Shown here: positions 12,600 through 25,850 of the stretch, piece by piece
Numbering within the stretch: the first letter of the stretch is position 1
Layout: each line of letters opens with the position of its first letter
DNA from: Octopus sinensis
Taxonomy: Eukaryota
Length of the DNA stretch: 64,000 nt
Reading direction: 5' to 3'
NCBI RefSeq assembly: GCF_006345805.1
Contig: NC_043002.1
Span: forward strand, 56,730,001-56,794,000
Program-made: the position numbers and the translations under genes
The notes under the pieces: model-generated
Seen by the model: the letters and a program-made list of their open reading frames with translations, nothing else
Told to the model about the DNA's origin: nothing
Database searches by the model: none

Positions 12600-14278
12600 A
12601 ATCCATTTCATCAATAGAACCACCATTTTAAATAACTGTTTTGTTTTCCAATTAGGCGGGATATTTGGTTACTGCAATATATCATCCACACTTCCGTCTT
12701 ACCCCTCCCCCCAAATCCTAATATGTATCCCTGGGAGTGGGGTAGGTGGCTGTTTCGTTAGTTTCCACTTAGCTTTCTTCACATTTTCATTGGACTGCTT
12801 GCAAACAGGTGTGTGTGCGTGTGTGCGCGCTGGACAGCGCAGTAAATGAGATTCATGTGCGCAATATTCGCAAGCGCAATAATAGAGGTATTTCACCATA
12901 TTTTCGCATGCGCGCGCGCGCGTGTTTACACACCACAAACACTTCTGTGTATCGGCTGAAGACCCTGTGCACTTCACATGCAAAATTCAGTCTAAGAAGG
13001 GAATGATTGATTCGACCAAAATAAAAATATTAACCTCTGTGATATATTTTTTTTTTTGTCCGGCAATCAACACTAGCAGATACATGCATGCCTGATATGT
13101 ACCAGCCCATCTGGAGCAAAGTATGGCTAAACTTCGGTTCTTAAAGAGAGAACGCAAATCCTTAATTCGTAATGATCGCGATATCTGGAACCGTAGAAAT
13201 CTGCGAGACCTCAAGACTTAAAGGATGAACTAATCAAGAGATTTTGCTTCACAACCTTGCTACCAAGCAGGTGGCCGGTCAAAAATTATTCTAAATTAAA
13301 AGGAGAAAGAAAACAGAGAGAATGGTAGCGGTAGAAAACTTCTGTTTGCTATATTTCTTTAAATGAATTTTGCTTAGCCGTTTTATCAGATACGTATCTC
13401 CCGGGAAATATATAGATTGAAGAAAATAGAGAAAAATAGAGGTAGAATTTCTGATTTGTTGGTTCGAGTGTATTTCTGTAATTGTTATAATATATATATA
13501 TACATATATATATATATTACGGCAAGAATTTTGACAGATTAGTAGAGCCTGAGAGAGTGGCAGTGTTGACGGAATATCAAGAGATCTTACTCTCTCTTCT
13601 AATATAATATACATGTTAAATATGTTATCAGTCACTTATAACAAGAAGACAGTAATCAAACCATTTCTCCAACTGGCGTGCAAAGGAAACCACCGTAGGC
13701 ATTAAAAGCGAGTATCTGCCATTTGTAAACTGTATTTAAAAACTAAACTACTGTTCAGATCTCACGATTAGAGAGAGAGAGAGAGAAAAGCTTGTTGTTT
13801 ACGAGAAGGTTTTAATGACCTGCTGCTGCTGTTACTACAACTACTACAGCCGCTACTACTGTTACTACTATAACAATAGACGTCTTCTGGTTTTTCCTTC
13901 CCCACCACCACCACCACCAGCTCCAATAAAAACTAGTCCGACCATTTGAACTTGCTACAGCTGCCAGGATGTACAACATGCAGCTGCACGAACCGACGAT
14001 GACAGGTCGGTTTCGATGAGGGAGAAAGAAAGAGTGAGAGAGAGAGGGGGAAGGATAGAGAGAGAGAGAGAGAAGAAAGAGAAAGCGAGGCAGTGTGAGT
14101 GGGGGAGGTTCCTTGTTCTGTTTGTCAGTGCTTATGTATGTATGTAACTGCTCTTATTACCAGATCTGCTGCAATCATTATTATTATTGTTGTTGTTAGT
14201 ATTAGCGTTAATGATTGACACTAGGCTGTCAGTCGCTTTGGCTCTGTTCTTATTATTACTACTACCACCACCACCTCA

Positions 14279-14309
<31 letters not shown>

Positions 14310-14410
14310 TCACTACTGCTACTACTACTACTAGTTTCACTCAAACATGGCGGATTGCTTTTGCTGATGTGCTGCAGTAGGAGAGCACCACCACAAGCAG
14401 CAGCATGTGG
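12600..14410. promoter_or_regulatory. Putative CpG-retaining promoter / first-exon region
   Basis: Visibly CpG-richer than flanks and lacking SINEs; ETS-like CACTTCCG (about 12689), NRF1-like CGCATGCGC (about 12905), GA tracts, YY1-like AACATGGCGG (about 14344), donor G|GTAAAT at 14410. Confidence 0.55.
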
Positions 14411-14579
14411 TAAATGCCTTTTCCTTTTTTTTTTTTACTCCCTTTTTTTAAAAAAAAAACAACAACAACATAATAATATTTATATATTACATAAATATAT
14501 TATTTCTTTATTCCGATTATTGTTTATTATTTTGGAACCGTGTGTACCTTGCCAGAAATATTTTTGTTAAGTCCAAGCA

Positions 14580-15129
14580 ATCATTCACATAGCAATGCAC
14601 ATCGCCTGTTCGTTGGGTTTTGTGCAGCTTCGGTGGTCATTCGTTGTTACTCGATTGTTCTCCCTACCTTGCTCAACACCATCAACATCAAAGACGAACA
14701 ACAACACCAACACTTCCAAACCACCACCACCACCCCTACTACAACATTGTTAATAATACTGTTATTACTGCTACTACTACTACTGCTGCTGCTGGATCTG
14801 GAACACTCACTGCTCCAGGGATGTGTCCTTTGCTGTCCATGTCGACAATCGTGATGTTACCAAGAGAAATGATAATGGCTCAGGCGTTACTACATCTGAT
14901 GAGCTGTTGTCATCTTCATTAGCTTGCTGCTATTACTCAACTGGATTTATTTTCATCACTATCACCTCTCTGTGTTAACCCCGTCAGGATAATAATCTTT
15001 ACAACTACTACTACTGCTACTACAAGCCCTAATTCCCACACTACTATTTATACTACTACTATCACTACTGTTATTATTATTACTGCTGCTATACGGAGTT
15101 CTTTCTCTAGTCTTAGTTACTACTATGAG
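14580..15129 (+). other. Candidate low-complexity 5' exon ending at a strong splice donor
   Basis: Trinucleotide-rich UTR-like sequence ending ATGAG|GTAGGT (GT at 15130); possible acceptor TTTGTGCAG near 14627. Confidence 0.35.
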
Positions 15130-17634
15130 GTAGGTAGTGCTGGCTTTCGCGTTTATTTGTCAACTACTACTACTACTACTACTGCTGTTACTACTACCAC
15201 TACTACCCGTCATCATATTACGCGGGTCACACATTTATTAGTATTATGCTAAATATTTTTATTAATTTTTTTAATCAACAAAAAATGTCTTTTATTATTG
15301 TTGGTGTTGGTGTTGTTGTTTAGTTGAATCTACAACGAATACAAAGCGAGTGGTTGTAAGGGATGGTTCAGACTTCCAATTGTCGATCTTTTTAATTCAT
15401 TTCTTTAGGCCACGAACACGCACGCACGCACACACACATGTACACACACACAACCAGGCACATATTCATACAAACATATCCACAATCAAAAGCGATAGTG
15501 ATTTGTTGTATCGGACTAGAAATACGAGCAGACATTGGTAGCAACCGTTACGCATGCGTGTGTGAATATATGTAAATTGCATGCTGACATGTGTCTACAA
15601 AGGTATACACACACATACACACGCGCGCCCGCGCACACGCACAAACACACACGCACACACACACATACACACACACGCGTACATCGTCATGTAATAATGG
15701 AGGGCACTGTGTTGTGAAAATTCAATTAAATGCCATCAACATAATGACCACTCGCCCTTACTTGAAATTTTTTCACTTATTTTATTTTTTCTCTCTCCTT
15801 TCACTTTTTATCTCCAACACTTCAAACGTATTTTTGTAAAATTTATTTATGGTTGCTTTTTAAAGCTTAATTTCTTTAAAAAATATTTTATCACGATGGC
15901 AACCATCGCCGTCGTCGTTCTGGTTAGGAAAAAGGCATTTTATTTAATCTGCCGTTATTTCTTCGGGCTTTCTTTGAAATGGAAACACATGTCTATGTAT
16001 CTATAACGATCGATGATAGTGTTATTGGTGATGGAAAAGACTAAATCTCTTCTCCACTAATGGTTATATGCTGTTGTTATTATAACATAGAGCTTTGTAT
16101 TGTTTTAAAATGGACTGTTATTAAGTCTTAAATAATTCAGACACTGCTCTCATTATATTTACATGTTCGTGTTTGTCTGCAAGTTGATTTACATCAAATT
16201 TTTCGACGGATCTCAACTGCAATCCCCGCTACATTTAATATATTTATACACACCAGTCATGACTGCACCCTTTTCTATCCTATCTATTTTACTCGTTTCT
16301 TACGTATTAGGGGGACCTAATTCACATTTTTAGGTTAATTATTTTGATTAATTTTCATTGAATTATCTAATTATTCATTCTGTAAATCTATTTTTCTCTT
16401 TTTTCAATGAGAATCGGTTTTGAATATAAAATGAAACATCTAATTTTTATGGTGAGAGAATTACTGTGAGAAATTCGGTCAATATCTCGATTTATTTGTT
16501 GTAAATATAAATCAGTGTTTGGACGTCGTTTTATTATTTTTCAATTAACTGATTGAAACATGAAATTGAATACTTTACCAATGCTTATTTCAATGTCAAC
16601 ATATAACCCATTTATTTCATTTGAAGTGAATACCGATCATTGTATTTATTTATTTATATTTTTAATTAATCCGAAAATTAATCGGTGATGGATGTCTTCT
16701 TTAAACTCCTTAGTTGCCTCACTGGTTTTTATATTTTATGAGAGCTCAGTCACATTCATATATATATATATATATAAAGAAAAAGAACCGATTGGTCGCA
16801 CTAATAGTTATGATGTTTTTTCACGCATTCTGTACGATGCATTCGAGAAATTATTCCAAACATTTGAACTAACTGGTGATTTGATTACAGATGTTATTAC
16901 TCAGAGTATAAGGACGGAAATTGAAGTGGTTGTTGGGTCTGAGTAAGTTGAATTTCTGATAGTCTAGAACTGAGAAAAGAAACGTCTGCAAATCTCAATG
17001 TAATGTAATATTCTTCCAACAACATCCACGGCCTCCAGCCAGACTGGCGGGCTGCATCGTATCTCGCAGACATTGAAGGGAACTCCTTTAAAACGAATAA
17101 ACATTATGCAACAAGTTGATCGGTTTAACAAGGGTATTTGGCAAACTTCCCTTATTATTATTAATTAGTAGTAATTATTTCTAATAATCAGATACTGTAT
17201 ATTAGTACGCAGATTCCTGGTTTTACTTGTAAAGTTTGGTAAACCTATGTAATCATGAGGCTTGTGATATTAACTTATCTGGGTTTACATTGCTAAAGTG
17301 AGGACGAGCACTTAAGATTTTTAATGTTAAGTTGATAAACTCCACTAGTTAAGAGCAGTTGTCTAGGTTTGTTATAAAACTCTCCTACTTACCTTTTTAT
17401 TGGTGTTTATCAAGATCTTCCACAAGAAATCACACAATTGATATTAATTACATGATTTGAAATTAGTCTTAGCATCTGTAGAATAAAATTATTTCTAATC
17501 TTTAAACACACACTCTTAGTTTCACCGTTTTTGAAAAAAAAAAAAAAAAAGACACCCTAGTCTTAATATATTTAAATGAATGAACAAGAGACTGGCTTTT
17601 TCTTTTTATTTCAACGGCTCCAGGTTAAAAATAG

Positions 17635-17675
17635 CTTAATGTCTATCCTTATCCTTGATAAGGATAGACATTAAG
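17635..17675. repeat. Perfect hairpin, 19-bp arms and 3-nt loop
   Basis: CTTAATGTCTATCCTTATC-CTT-GATAAGGATAGACATTAAG. Confidence 0.95.
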
Positions 17676-18417
17676 TTTAAGACTTATCTCTTTTATAGGT
17701 GAAAATTATACGGATAAAATATAGATATTTGATAGAATGTTTAGAGATACCAATATATTCTGGAGTATATTGGTATACACATGCACTCATGTGAAGATGT
17801 GTATACACACAATTTGTATTTGGCGATTGCATTTGAAACGGAAAGAAAAAGCAATAAAATGGTGGTGGATGGTGGGGGGGGGTTACATCAAGCAGAAGAA
17901 GGTATATTAATATATTTAATGATTGGTGAGTTTTGTTGCATTCCAGGGGAATTCCCTTAGAACAAAACAGTAAGAGTCACCTCGCAGTAAAGAAAGAGTA
18001 AATGTGTGTATGTGTATACATTCATCCACATGTGAGTGAGTGTGTGTGTGTGTGCGTGCGCATGCCCCCCCCCCCGCATACAATATTCAGTATGTTTATA
18101 AAATTCCTAATCATGCTATTTAATCATAAATGCATGTATGTGTGTGTGTATCAAATACCGTTTTAAGAGAAGCTATTTTTGATATGCAAACCACCAAGGA
18201 AAGAAAACTGCAATTCATTCATAAAATCGCTAGTTGCTAAAGGAAGTTACGTTTGGACATAGTTTTTATGCATATATTAAAATATGCCACAGATCAGTAG
18301 CATATGCATTAATTAAATTTTTTTTTTATATTGTGCCTCAAATATGTTCAGCTTAAACCAGTAGACACTGGCAACTAAACACTTTAATTTTGCAAATGTG
18401 TGTGTGTGTGTGTTGTT

Positions 18418-18765
18418 TTTAATGTCTGCTTTTCCATGCTGGCTTTGGTCAGAAACATTTCTGCTGCTGGATGCCCTTCTTGTCACCATCTGTCACCCGT
18501 TTCCAAGTAAAATAATATTTCCCCAAAGCTGGATATGTTTTCATGGCAGATTGGAAATGAAGGACACTACTTTTTAACACTGCAACAAGAAGACACCCAC
18601 ATGCACACACGCACACGTTTTCTTTCAGTTTCTGTCAACCAAATCCACTCACAGGGCTTTTGGTCGATCCAGGTCTATAGCTGAGGACACCTGCTCAAGG
18701 TACTGTACAGTGGGACTATACCCAGGATGAAATGGTTTGGAAGCAGGCTTCTTAACCACTCAGCT
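18418..18765 (-). mobile_element. SINE family A with RTE-type tail
   Basis: Head and tail match other copies. Confidence 0.75.
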
Positions 18766-18916
18766 ATATATATATAAGTTTTCCTATCTACCCCCCTAAT
18801 TTACACTAGTAAATTCGAAAGTAATGTATGAAGAAACAGCATTAGACATCTTTTGAAATTACTCCAGTAAGAAGGACGAACTTGCATTCAACCTTTTAAA
18901 AATATACATATAAAAG

Positions 18917-18955
<39 letters not shown>

Positions 18956-18972
18956 TAATATACATATATATA

Positions 18973-19067
18973 TCATCATCATCATCATCATAGCGTCCGT
19001 TTTCCATGCTAGCATGGGTTGGACGGTTTAACTGGGGTCTGTGAAGCCGGAAGGCTTCATCAGGCCC
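18973..19067 (-). mobile_element. Extremely 5'-truncated RTE LINE 3' end next to (TA)n
   Basis: (CAT)n-GCGTCCGTTTCCATGCTAGCATGGGTTGGACGG...GGGGTCTG matches 42614-42700. Confidence 0.8.
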
Positions 19068-19564
19068 AAATATATAAACCTTAATGCATTAATCTGGTGA
19101 AGATTCACTTTATACTTAATACCAAATGTACATATTATGATATTTTTTATATTGTAGTTTTTGCATTATGAAAGTTTGATAAATTTCTGCAGGAAATGTG
19201 GTCTCTTGTTTTGACCTTGCAACAATTTTTGCAAAATCTTTTATGTTATTTTTGGGTGTATTCAACTTTAAGTTAATAATCAATAAGCCAGTGAACTATA
19301 AACAAATGAAGGCAAGTTTAATTGCAGCTAGTGTTTAAGACAAAACATAATACTTAAATTAGCATTATACTGTTAACTGCTCATTTATATATATATATAT
19401 ATGATCCTCAGCATTAAGGATCTTCACACCTTAACTAAATGGAATTTATCTCATTATTAGAGAAACAACAAAAAACATTTTTATTTTAAGTTTGTTTTCC
19501 CTCATGACTGTTTTTGTTGACATTGGTGACTTTTCACCAATTTTGGCTGCTTCTATTGTTCCTC

Positions 19565-19807
19565 TGACCCTTTTAATACCAACCTGCTTTAGGCCAACCC
19601 TGGTTCAATGGTACAAACTTTGTGATCTAAATTAAAACATTCCACTAAAATTTCATGTTATTTTGTAAACAATTAATAATAAAAATTATTAATTGTTTGT
19701 AAAATAATGTAAAATATTTTTTATTTTTTTCCTAAATTCTTTATTTTCCAAATTATTTGAAACAAAGGCAGTTTATTTCAACAGGAGTTTGGTAACAAAA
19801 GCATTAA
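19565..19807. mobile_element. piggyBac-derived MITE, reverse orientation
   Basis: CCCTTTTAATACCAACC ... GGTAACAAAAGCATTAA; body matches the 3528-3746 family. Confidence 0.65.
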
Positions 19808-20499
19808 TTCTTTTCCTCTTAGTTTGAAATTGTAATTTGGGTTACCATTTGAATTCTCGCAGACACTTGTCTCCTGGATTGTGCTTTATAATTTCATCTG
19901 ACTGGCTAAAACCTGCAATAATTTCTGTTCCATCAAATTTTTAGAATATATGCATATGAGTGGAGTGGAGGTCTTCATGAATGGATGTGTGCATGTGTAA
20001 ACCATATTTGCTTGTGTATAAGTTGCACCCCTCATTTAGTGCTATATCTTGGTACAAATTCTTTTTTTTTTTCCATCATAGTTTTAGCTTTGCTCCATGT
20101 ATAAAGTTGCACCCCAATTTTTTCAGTAAAAATAAATACAAAATATGCAACTAATATTCAAGTAAATACGGTTGGGGTTAGCTGATTTCTAATATTCTAA
20201 TCCTATGTTGTTTAGAAACAGTTGAAATAGCTATATGCTCATCTTCATTCATATTTAGTCTCTAAAATAATTCTCCTACCGTCTTTTTTTTTTATATATA
20301 TATATATTTTTTCGCTATGAATGCCAATGTTCTAAATATTTCAATTGCCAACTACATACAAGCCAGTAGATGCTGACGAAAAAGAAAACCTGTAGATTGT
20401 ACACCCTACCTGTGAACAAAACTGAATGTGTAGATAGATAATTTAAAGAAACACACATTATCTTCTTGACTAGCTCTTTCTGAAATTATTAGTGAATTT

Positions 20500-21120
20500 T
20501 GGCAGAATTGTTAGTACATTGGAATGAATGCTTAGATGCATTTCTTCTGGCTCTTTTACATTCTGAGTTCAAATCCTGCTGAGGTCAACTTTGCCATTCA
20601 TCTCTGGGGTTGATGAAATAGAGTACCATTCAAGTACTGGTAGCAATGGTATTCATTAACCCACCTCTATTACTATTATTATTAAGGCAGCAAGCTGGCA
20701 GAATTGTTAGCATGCCGGGCGAAATGCTTTGTGGTATTTCGTCTGCTGCTACGTTCTGAGTTAAAATTCCACTGAGGTCGACTTTGCCTTTCATTCTTTC
20801 AGGGTCAATTAAATAAGTACTAGTTACGTACTGGGGTCGGTGTAATCAACTTAACCCCTTCTCCCAAATTTGAGGCCTTGTGCTCCCAGTAGAAAGGATT
20901 ATCATCATTGGCAGCAAGCTGGCAGAATTGTTAGCACATTGGGCGAAATGCTTAGCAGTATTTCGTCCATCTTTACATTCTGAGGTCGACTTTGTCTTTC
21001 ATCCTTTCAGGGTCGATAAATTAAGTACCAGTTGAGTACTAGGGTTGTTGTGATCGATTGTCTCCCTCCCCACAAAATTCAGGCATTGTGCCTATAGTAG
21101 AAAAGAGTATTATTATTATT
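20500..21120 (+). mobile_element. Three tandem SINE family B copies
   Basis: Heads near 20500, 20686 and 20910, each followed by GAGGTCRACTTTGCCTTTCATCC...AAGTAC core. Confidence 0.85.
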
Positions 21121-21149
21121 CTTAAACATTGTCATTTTATACCTTAACA

Positions 21150-21405
21150 CAGTAGTCCTCAATCAGGATCCATAAAGACTCTTGGGAGTCCAGATGCAAT
21201 TTTGTTGTTGAAATTTATGTGACATAAATTGGCTATGTTATTTTAACCGTATTCTAACAATTTTTTAAAAATACAATTCCTATTAATATTTAATTCTAAA
21301 AATATAATAGGATTTTATTTAAATATCAAATGGCTATGAGGGTCCAGTAGAGTAGAATAAGAAACAAAGGAGTCCATGGGCAAAAAAGGGTTTTGAGAAT
21401 TGCTG
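21150..21405. mobile_element. hAT-type MITE (same family as 5552-5863, opposite orientation)
   Basis: CAGTAGTCCTCAATC / TTGAGAATTGCTG ends; degenerate TSD CCTTAACA/CTTTAACT. Confidence 0.7.
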
Positions 21406-21491
21406 CTTTAACTAAAAACATTATGTATTATAGTGTATTTGTGCCTGTGTGTGTTACAAGGTTTTCTTTTGTGACTCTTTTTCAATGTGAA

Positions 21492-21526
<35 letters not shown>

Positions 21527-21528
<2 letters not shown>

Positions 21529-21556
21529 AGTATCTACCTGTGGAAAATTCACAGGT
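21527..21556 (-). mobile_element. Helitron-like 3' terminus
   Basis: Minus strand: hairpin ACCTGTG-AATTTTC-CACAGGT, 5 nt spacer, then CTAG|T; 5' end not located. Confidence 0.45.
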
Positions 21557-22048
21557 GATAAATATTCAGTTTTATAGTAAATTGCTTTGAAAAGAATTCA
21601 TTGAATATAATATAATCCTCTTTATCGTTTCATAAAAACAAAAAAAATATACTTACCGATATGTATGTGTATATGTGTGCGTATGCATGCACGCACATGT
21701 TCAATTTATATACGGATAGTTAAACTTATGTACATTTCTGTTCAGTTTTCAACTTGAGTAGACTGGATGTTTCCATGAAATATAGTGAAAGTAACAGCTA
21801 GATAAATTTCCATTAATTCAGACATTGTGAAAGTGTGGTGACAGCTAAATTAACTTTGATGTGCACACACATTAGAACTGGTGATGGCTAAAGAGATGGG
21901 TGAGACACATTAATATTTAGTACATAAAGTAGTGAATCTTATAAGATGAACAGGTTCTAGTCCAACTTAATCCAGCTTTATTTTTCTGTGTTTTGAGTAA
22001 GAAGTTATTTTACTAATTTTGCCTTTCATTGACAACTTAATAATAAAA

Positions 22049-22400
22049 TCATCATCATCGTCGTCGTTTAACATCAGCTTTCCATGCTGGCATGGGTCGG
22101 ACGGTTTGACTGAGGACTGGTGAGCCAGAAGGCTGCACCAGGCTCAATCTGATCTGGCAAAGATTCTACAGCTGGATGCCCTTCCTAACACCAACCACTC
22201 TGAGAGTGTAGCGGGTTCTTTTGTGTGCCACCAGCACGAGGTTCTGGCAACGACCACACTCAAAAGGTGTTTTTTTACGTGATACCTGCATGGGAGCCAG
22301 TCTGGCAGCACTGGCAATGACCAAGCTTGAATGTTGTTTTTCATGTGCCAGTAAGGCAATGCAGGCAATAATCACACTTGAATGGTGCTTTTTATGTGCG
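22049..22400 (-). mobile_element. RTE LINE 3' UTR fragment
   Basis: Colinear with 62062-62390 and 42614-42800. Confidence 0.8.
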
Positions 22401-22705
22401 TATTTAAAACTTAATATACATGATGGTGTAAATAAAGCTGAACTAGGAGAATGTAAAGACAACATACTTTTAATTTAAAGTTTGTGAATAGAAACTTTAT
22501 ATTATTTCTGGGAAATATTCGGGTATTGATTATATATTTTAAATATATTTAGTAATGTGAAGCAGGGAGTAGGGCAGGTGATATTTTGATTTCAATCAAA
22601 ATTACCACTTCCAGTTTCTGCTGATAAACCAGATATGGTGTTGTAAAATATCTTTTATAGCAGACCTAGTCATAATTTTGTACACAGATTTATCTTTAAA
22701 AAATT

Positions 22706-23150
22706 TTTTTAAAACCATATTTCTGTTGTATTTCAGCAGAAATAGGGTTTTAAAATATGCCTGTTTTCAATTAATTTTTGAAAATAATTAAGACTTTGGG
22801 AAGATAACTTTATCATTATTAAACTGATGTTTGGAACATAAATTAAGCATTGAGCTTTTAAACTAACCAAATATTGTTTTAAGCTCAAACTGGTGAGATC
22901 TGGCCTCTCCTGCCCACCTTACACTATCATTCTAAAAACATGCAATCACATCAATGAAATCGCAAAGCTATCAGATAATCTATGATTAATTCAAAATAAT
23001 GTGAATAAATAAGTATTACTTTTGGCAGAGTAATTTGAATGTGAAATGATTAACATGGAATTTTCATGGAAGGTTTTAGTTAAGATCAGTTTAAAACAGG
23101 AAGTTTGTTTTGTAGATTGAGGGATGGTCACAAATGGATTGGCATCAAAA
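22706..23150. mobile_element. piggyBac-derived MITE with a second TTAA MITE nested at about 22845-23053
   Basis: Host consensus GGAACATAAATTAA|CATGGAATTTT is split at TTAA by a sequence shared with 34230-34430 and 60450-60640. Confidence 0.65.
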
Positions 23151-25549
23151 AGATTTTCCCTATGGAACATATTTGTACTGGTTATTTTGTTCTAAATTTA
23201 TATTTGCATCCATGTTGAAGCATGCTTCAGTGCATATTTCTTTGTCAGAATAAAAATGTCTTTATTTCTATTCTTCTAGTGACAGTTTAACTCTGTGTAT
23301 GTGTGTGTGTGTTCTTGCATTGTAGGGCTTAAGTTTCAGGTTACTTTCTTCCTATTGCACTGTTTCAAAGGAACAACAGTACAACAGAAATAATGCCCAA
23401 AGTTTTTGTTTCAAACTTCATTTTTCTAATAACAAATCCACTTCATAAACAAAAGACTTTCTCAATATTTTTGTAGTTACTGTCTTTTATATCCTTCATC
23501 CATCTCCTACCCTTTCTTAATGCTCAGTGTATAAACTTTCCAAGAATTTAAGCACAGCTTACCAGAATGCCTGCTCTGAACAACTTTGAAAACAAAGAAA
23601 CTAAAAAGAAAAATCTCCTCCTCTTCCTCAATATTGTCCCCCCACCACCACCACTGCCAACTATGTTGTTTCTTATTACATCACTGTTTTCTCTCCAACA
23701 ACTATACATTTCACTACTGGCTATGTATGACTAGACAACTGGAGTTTTAGTACATGTTATTGGCGTAACAAATTCTTCCACTGTATTTCCCCCCAAAACA
23801 AGCAAATCTCTTTATTACATTTCTGGGTATGTCTCCCCTCCCCCACGTCAGTCCCCAGGTAATTCTGTTATCAAAAAGGGTTAAGGGCACAATGTCAGCA
23901 GCCGACTGGAAAGGTTGTCCTTTGAACCAGTAGATTTAAGCATCTCTTCTGTTTCTACATGAACGCTCCACAGTATTGTTATGTGTGTGGTTGTATAATT
24001 TATTAGTTGATAATGCTGTACAAATACTAAATGTTTTTTTATTGGTAATATCAGAATGTATTATTTGCTGTAGGTCAACTTGATCCTTGATGGGTTTTCT
24101 GAAAATCTCGATACAGTGTTTGAAATGGTTTTTAGCATCAAGCTTGGGCTGATCAAAGAATATTTATATACTAAGTATGAGTAATAAATATAGGGTGGGT
24201 GTGTGTGTGTGTAGCTGTTGCTGGGGAGTGAAGAAGCTTGTTTTACAACTGGATGGTTTCAAGTTCAGTCCCATTGCATGGTACCTTGGGCAAGCATCTT
24301 CTGCTATAACTCTGGGCTGGCCAAAGTCTTGTGAGTGTATTTGGTAGATGGTAACCGAAAGAACCTGCAATGTAGATATTATTGAAACTGAAACTAAGGA
24401 TTTGTCTTGTAATCTGAGTATTATGTTGGTCACTGCAAACCTTAGGTGGGATTGCAATAGCAGGGAACTTGAGTGACAAGACTTAGTTTCAGCTAAGAAC
24501 AACATCCTCTGCAATATTTATTGAACATTCCTTTTTCATTCAGCCAGCATAAACCAACATGTGTGAGTGTGTGTGTGTGTGTGTTACTGTTTTCTTGTCT
24601 TAACATCATGTGTTAGTTGTAAATGAGCATCACTGTCATACAAGCAGTGTCCCCCATTTCCAGCCTTGAAAATATGTCTGGCTTTGGGGAAATATTACCT
24701 TACGAGGAAACAGGTGAGGATTGGCGACAAGAGGAGCATCCAACTGTAGGAAATCTCCCTCAGTAAACTCCATCCAACCCATGTGAGCACTAGAAAGTGA
24801 ACACTAGAAATATGATGATGTGTGTGTGTGAGAGAGAAATAAAAAATGAGTATTGAATGGAGTGGATTTTGGACATTTTTCATGTTTTCTATGTATTTTG
24901 TATTTGTGGCCAAATTTTAGTCTAAAAATAGTTTTAATGAAATATTAACAATAGATTAGCATATATGCGACCAAGTTGTTCCATTGAAAGCACTAATATC
25001 ATTGTATCGAAATTTGAACATTAGCAAGTAGTGGTTACAGTTTTATGTTTGATAAAGCGTTCTTGGACAATGTGATGGTTACATAATCTAATTTATTTCT
25101 AAGTCTGTTACCAGCCCAGTAAGCTTTGGAGTTGCATTAACCAATCTCAGTATTTTCATCTTAGTCTATTATGCTAAGCTAAAATATATGATCTCTCTTC
25201 CTCTCTCTTTCATACAAGTAAAATACAACCTCAAGTAGATGCTGCTTCCTATGGTCTACGTTATTAGTTTTTCCTGCAACCCACTAAACAACAATATAAG
25301 GATTAGAGAAAATTACACAATAGAAAAATGATATTGAAAGTCTGTAAAAGCTCAGTTCTTTGAAATCAGAATCTAAATATTTGTAAAAATAATTGTACTG
25401 TTGCTAATAAAGATGCAATTTTATCTTTTAAAGTCTTCTAATAGTGTTATGGTTGTACTGTGATACAGTTTGTTTTATATTTTAAAATGGCAGGAGGAAT
25501 AATATGTACACATATCATCATCATCATCATCATATATAATTATACATAT

Positions 25550-25850
25550 TACTTGTTTCAGTCATTAGACTTCAGCCATGCTGGGGCACCGCCTTGAATA
25601 ATATTTGGTCTCTTTGCTGAACCACTAAGTTACAAGGATGTAAAGACACCAATACAGGTTGTCAAGCAGTGGTGGGGGACAAACTAAACACACACATGCA
25701 TGCACAATAGGCTTTTTTCAGCTTTTGTCTACCAAACCCACTCCCAAGGCTTTGGTTGGCCTGAGGCTTATAGTAGAAGACACACCCAAGGTACCATGCT
25801 GTAATACTGAACCCAGAACCATGTGGTTGGGAAGCAAGGTTTTTTTTACC
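25550..25850 (-). mobile_element. SINE family A, non-RTE tail
   Basis: TACTTGTTTCAGTCATTAGAC...CCATGCTGGGGCACCGCC tail plus family A head. Confidence 0.8.

Noticed and set aside
14187-14922. Poly-Leu/Thr/His ORFs as proteins
   Set aside because: Products of (CTA)n/(CAC)n trinucleotide tracts; all frames hit stops; more consistent with UTR sequence
20010-20172. Possible pogo/Tc1-like right end (TATTCAAGTAAATACGG)
   Set aside because: Matching left TIR not found; too degraded to call
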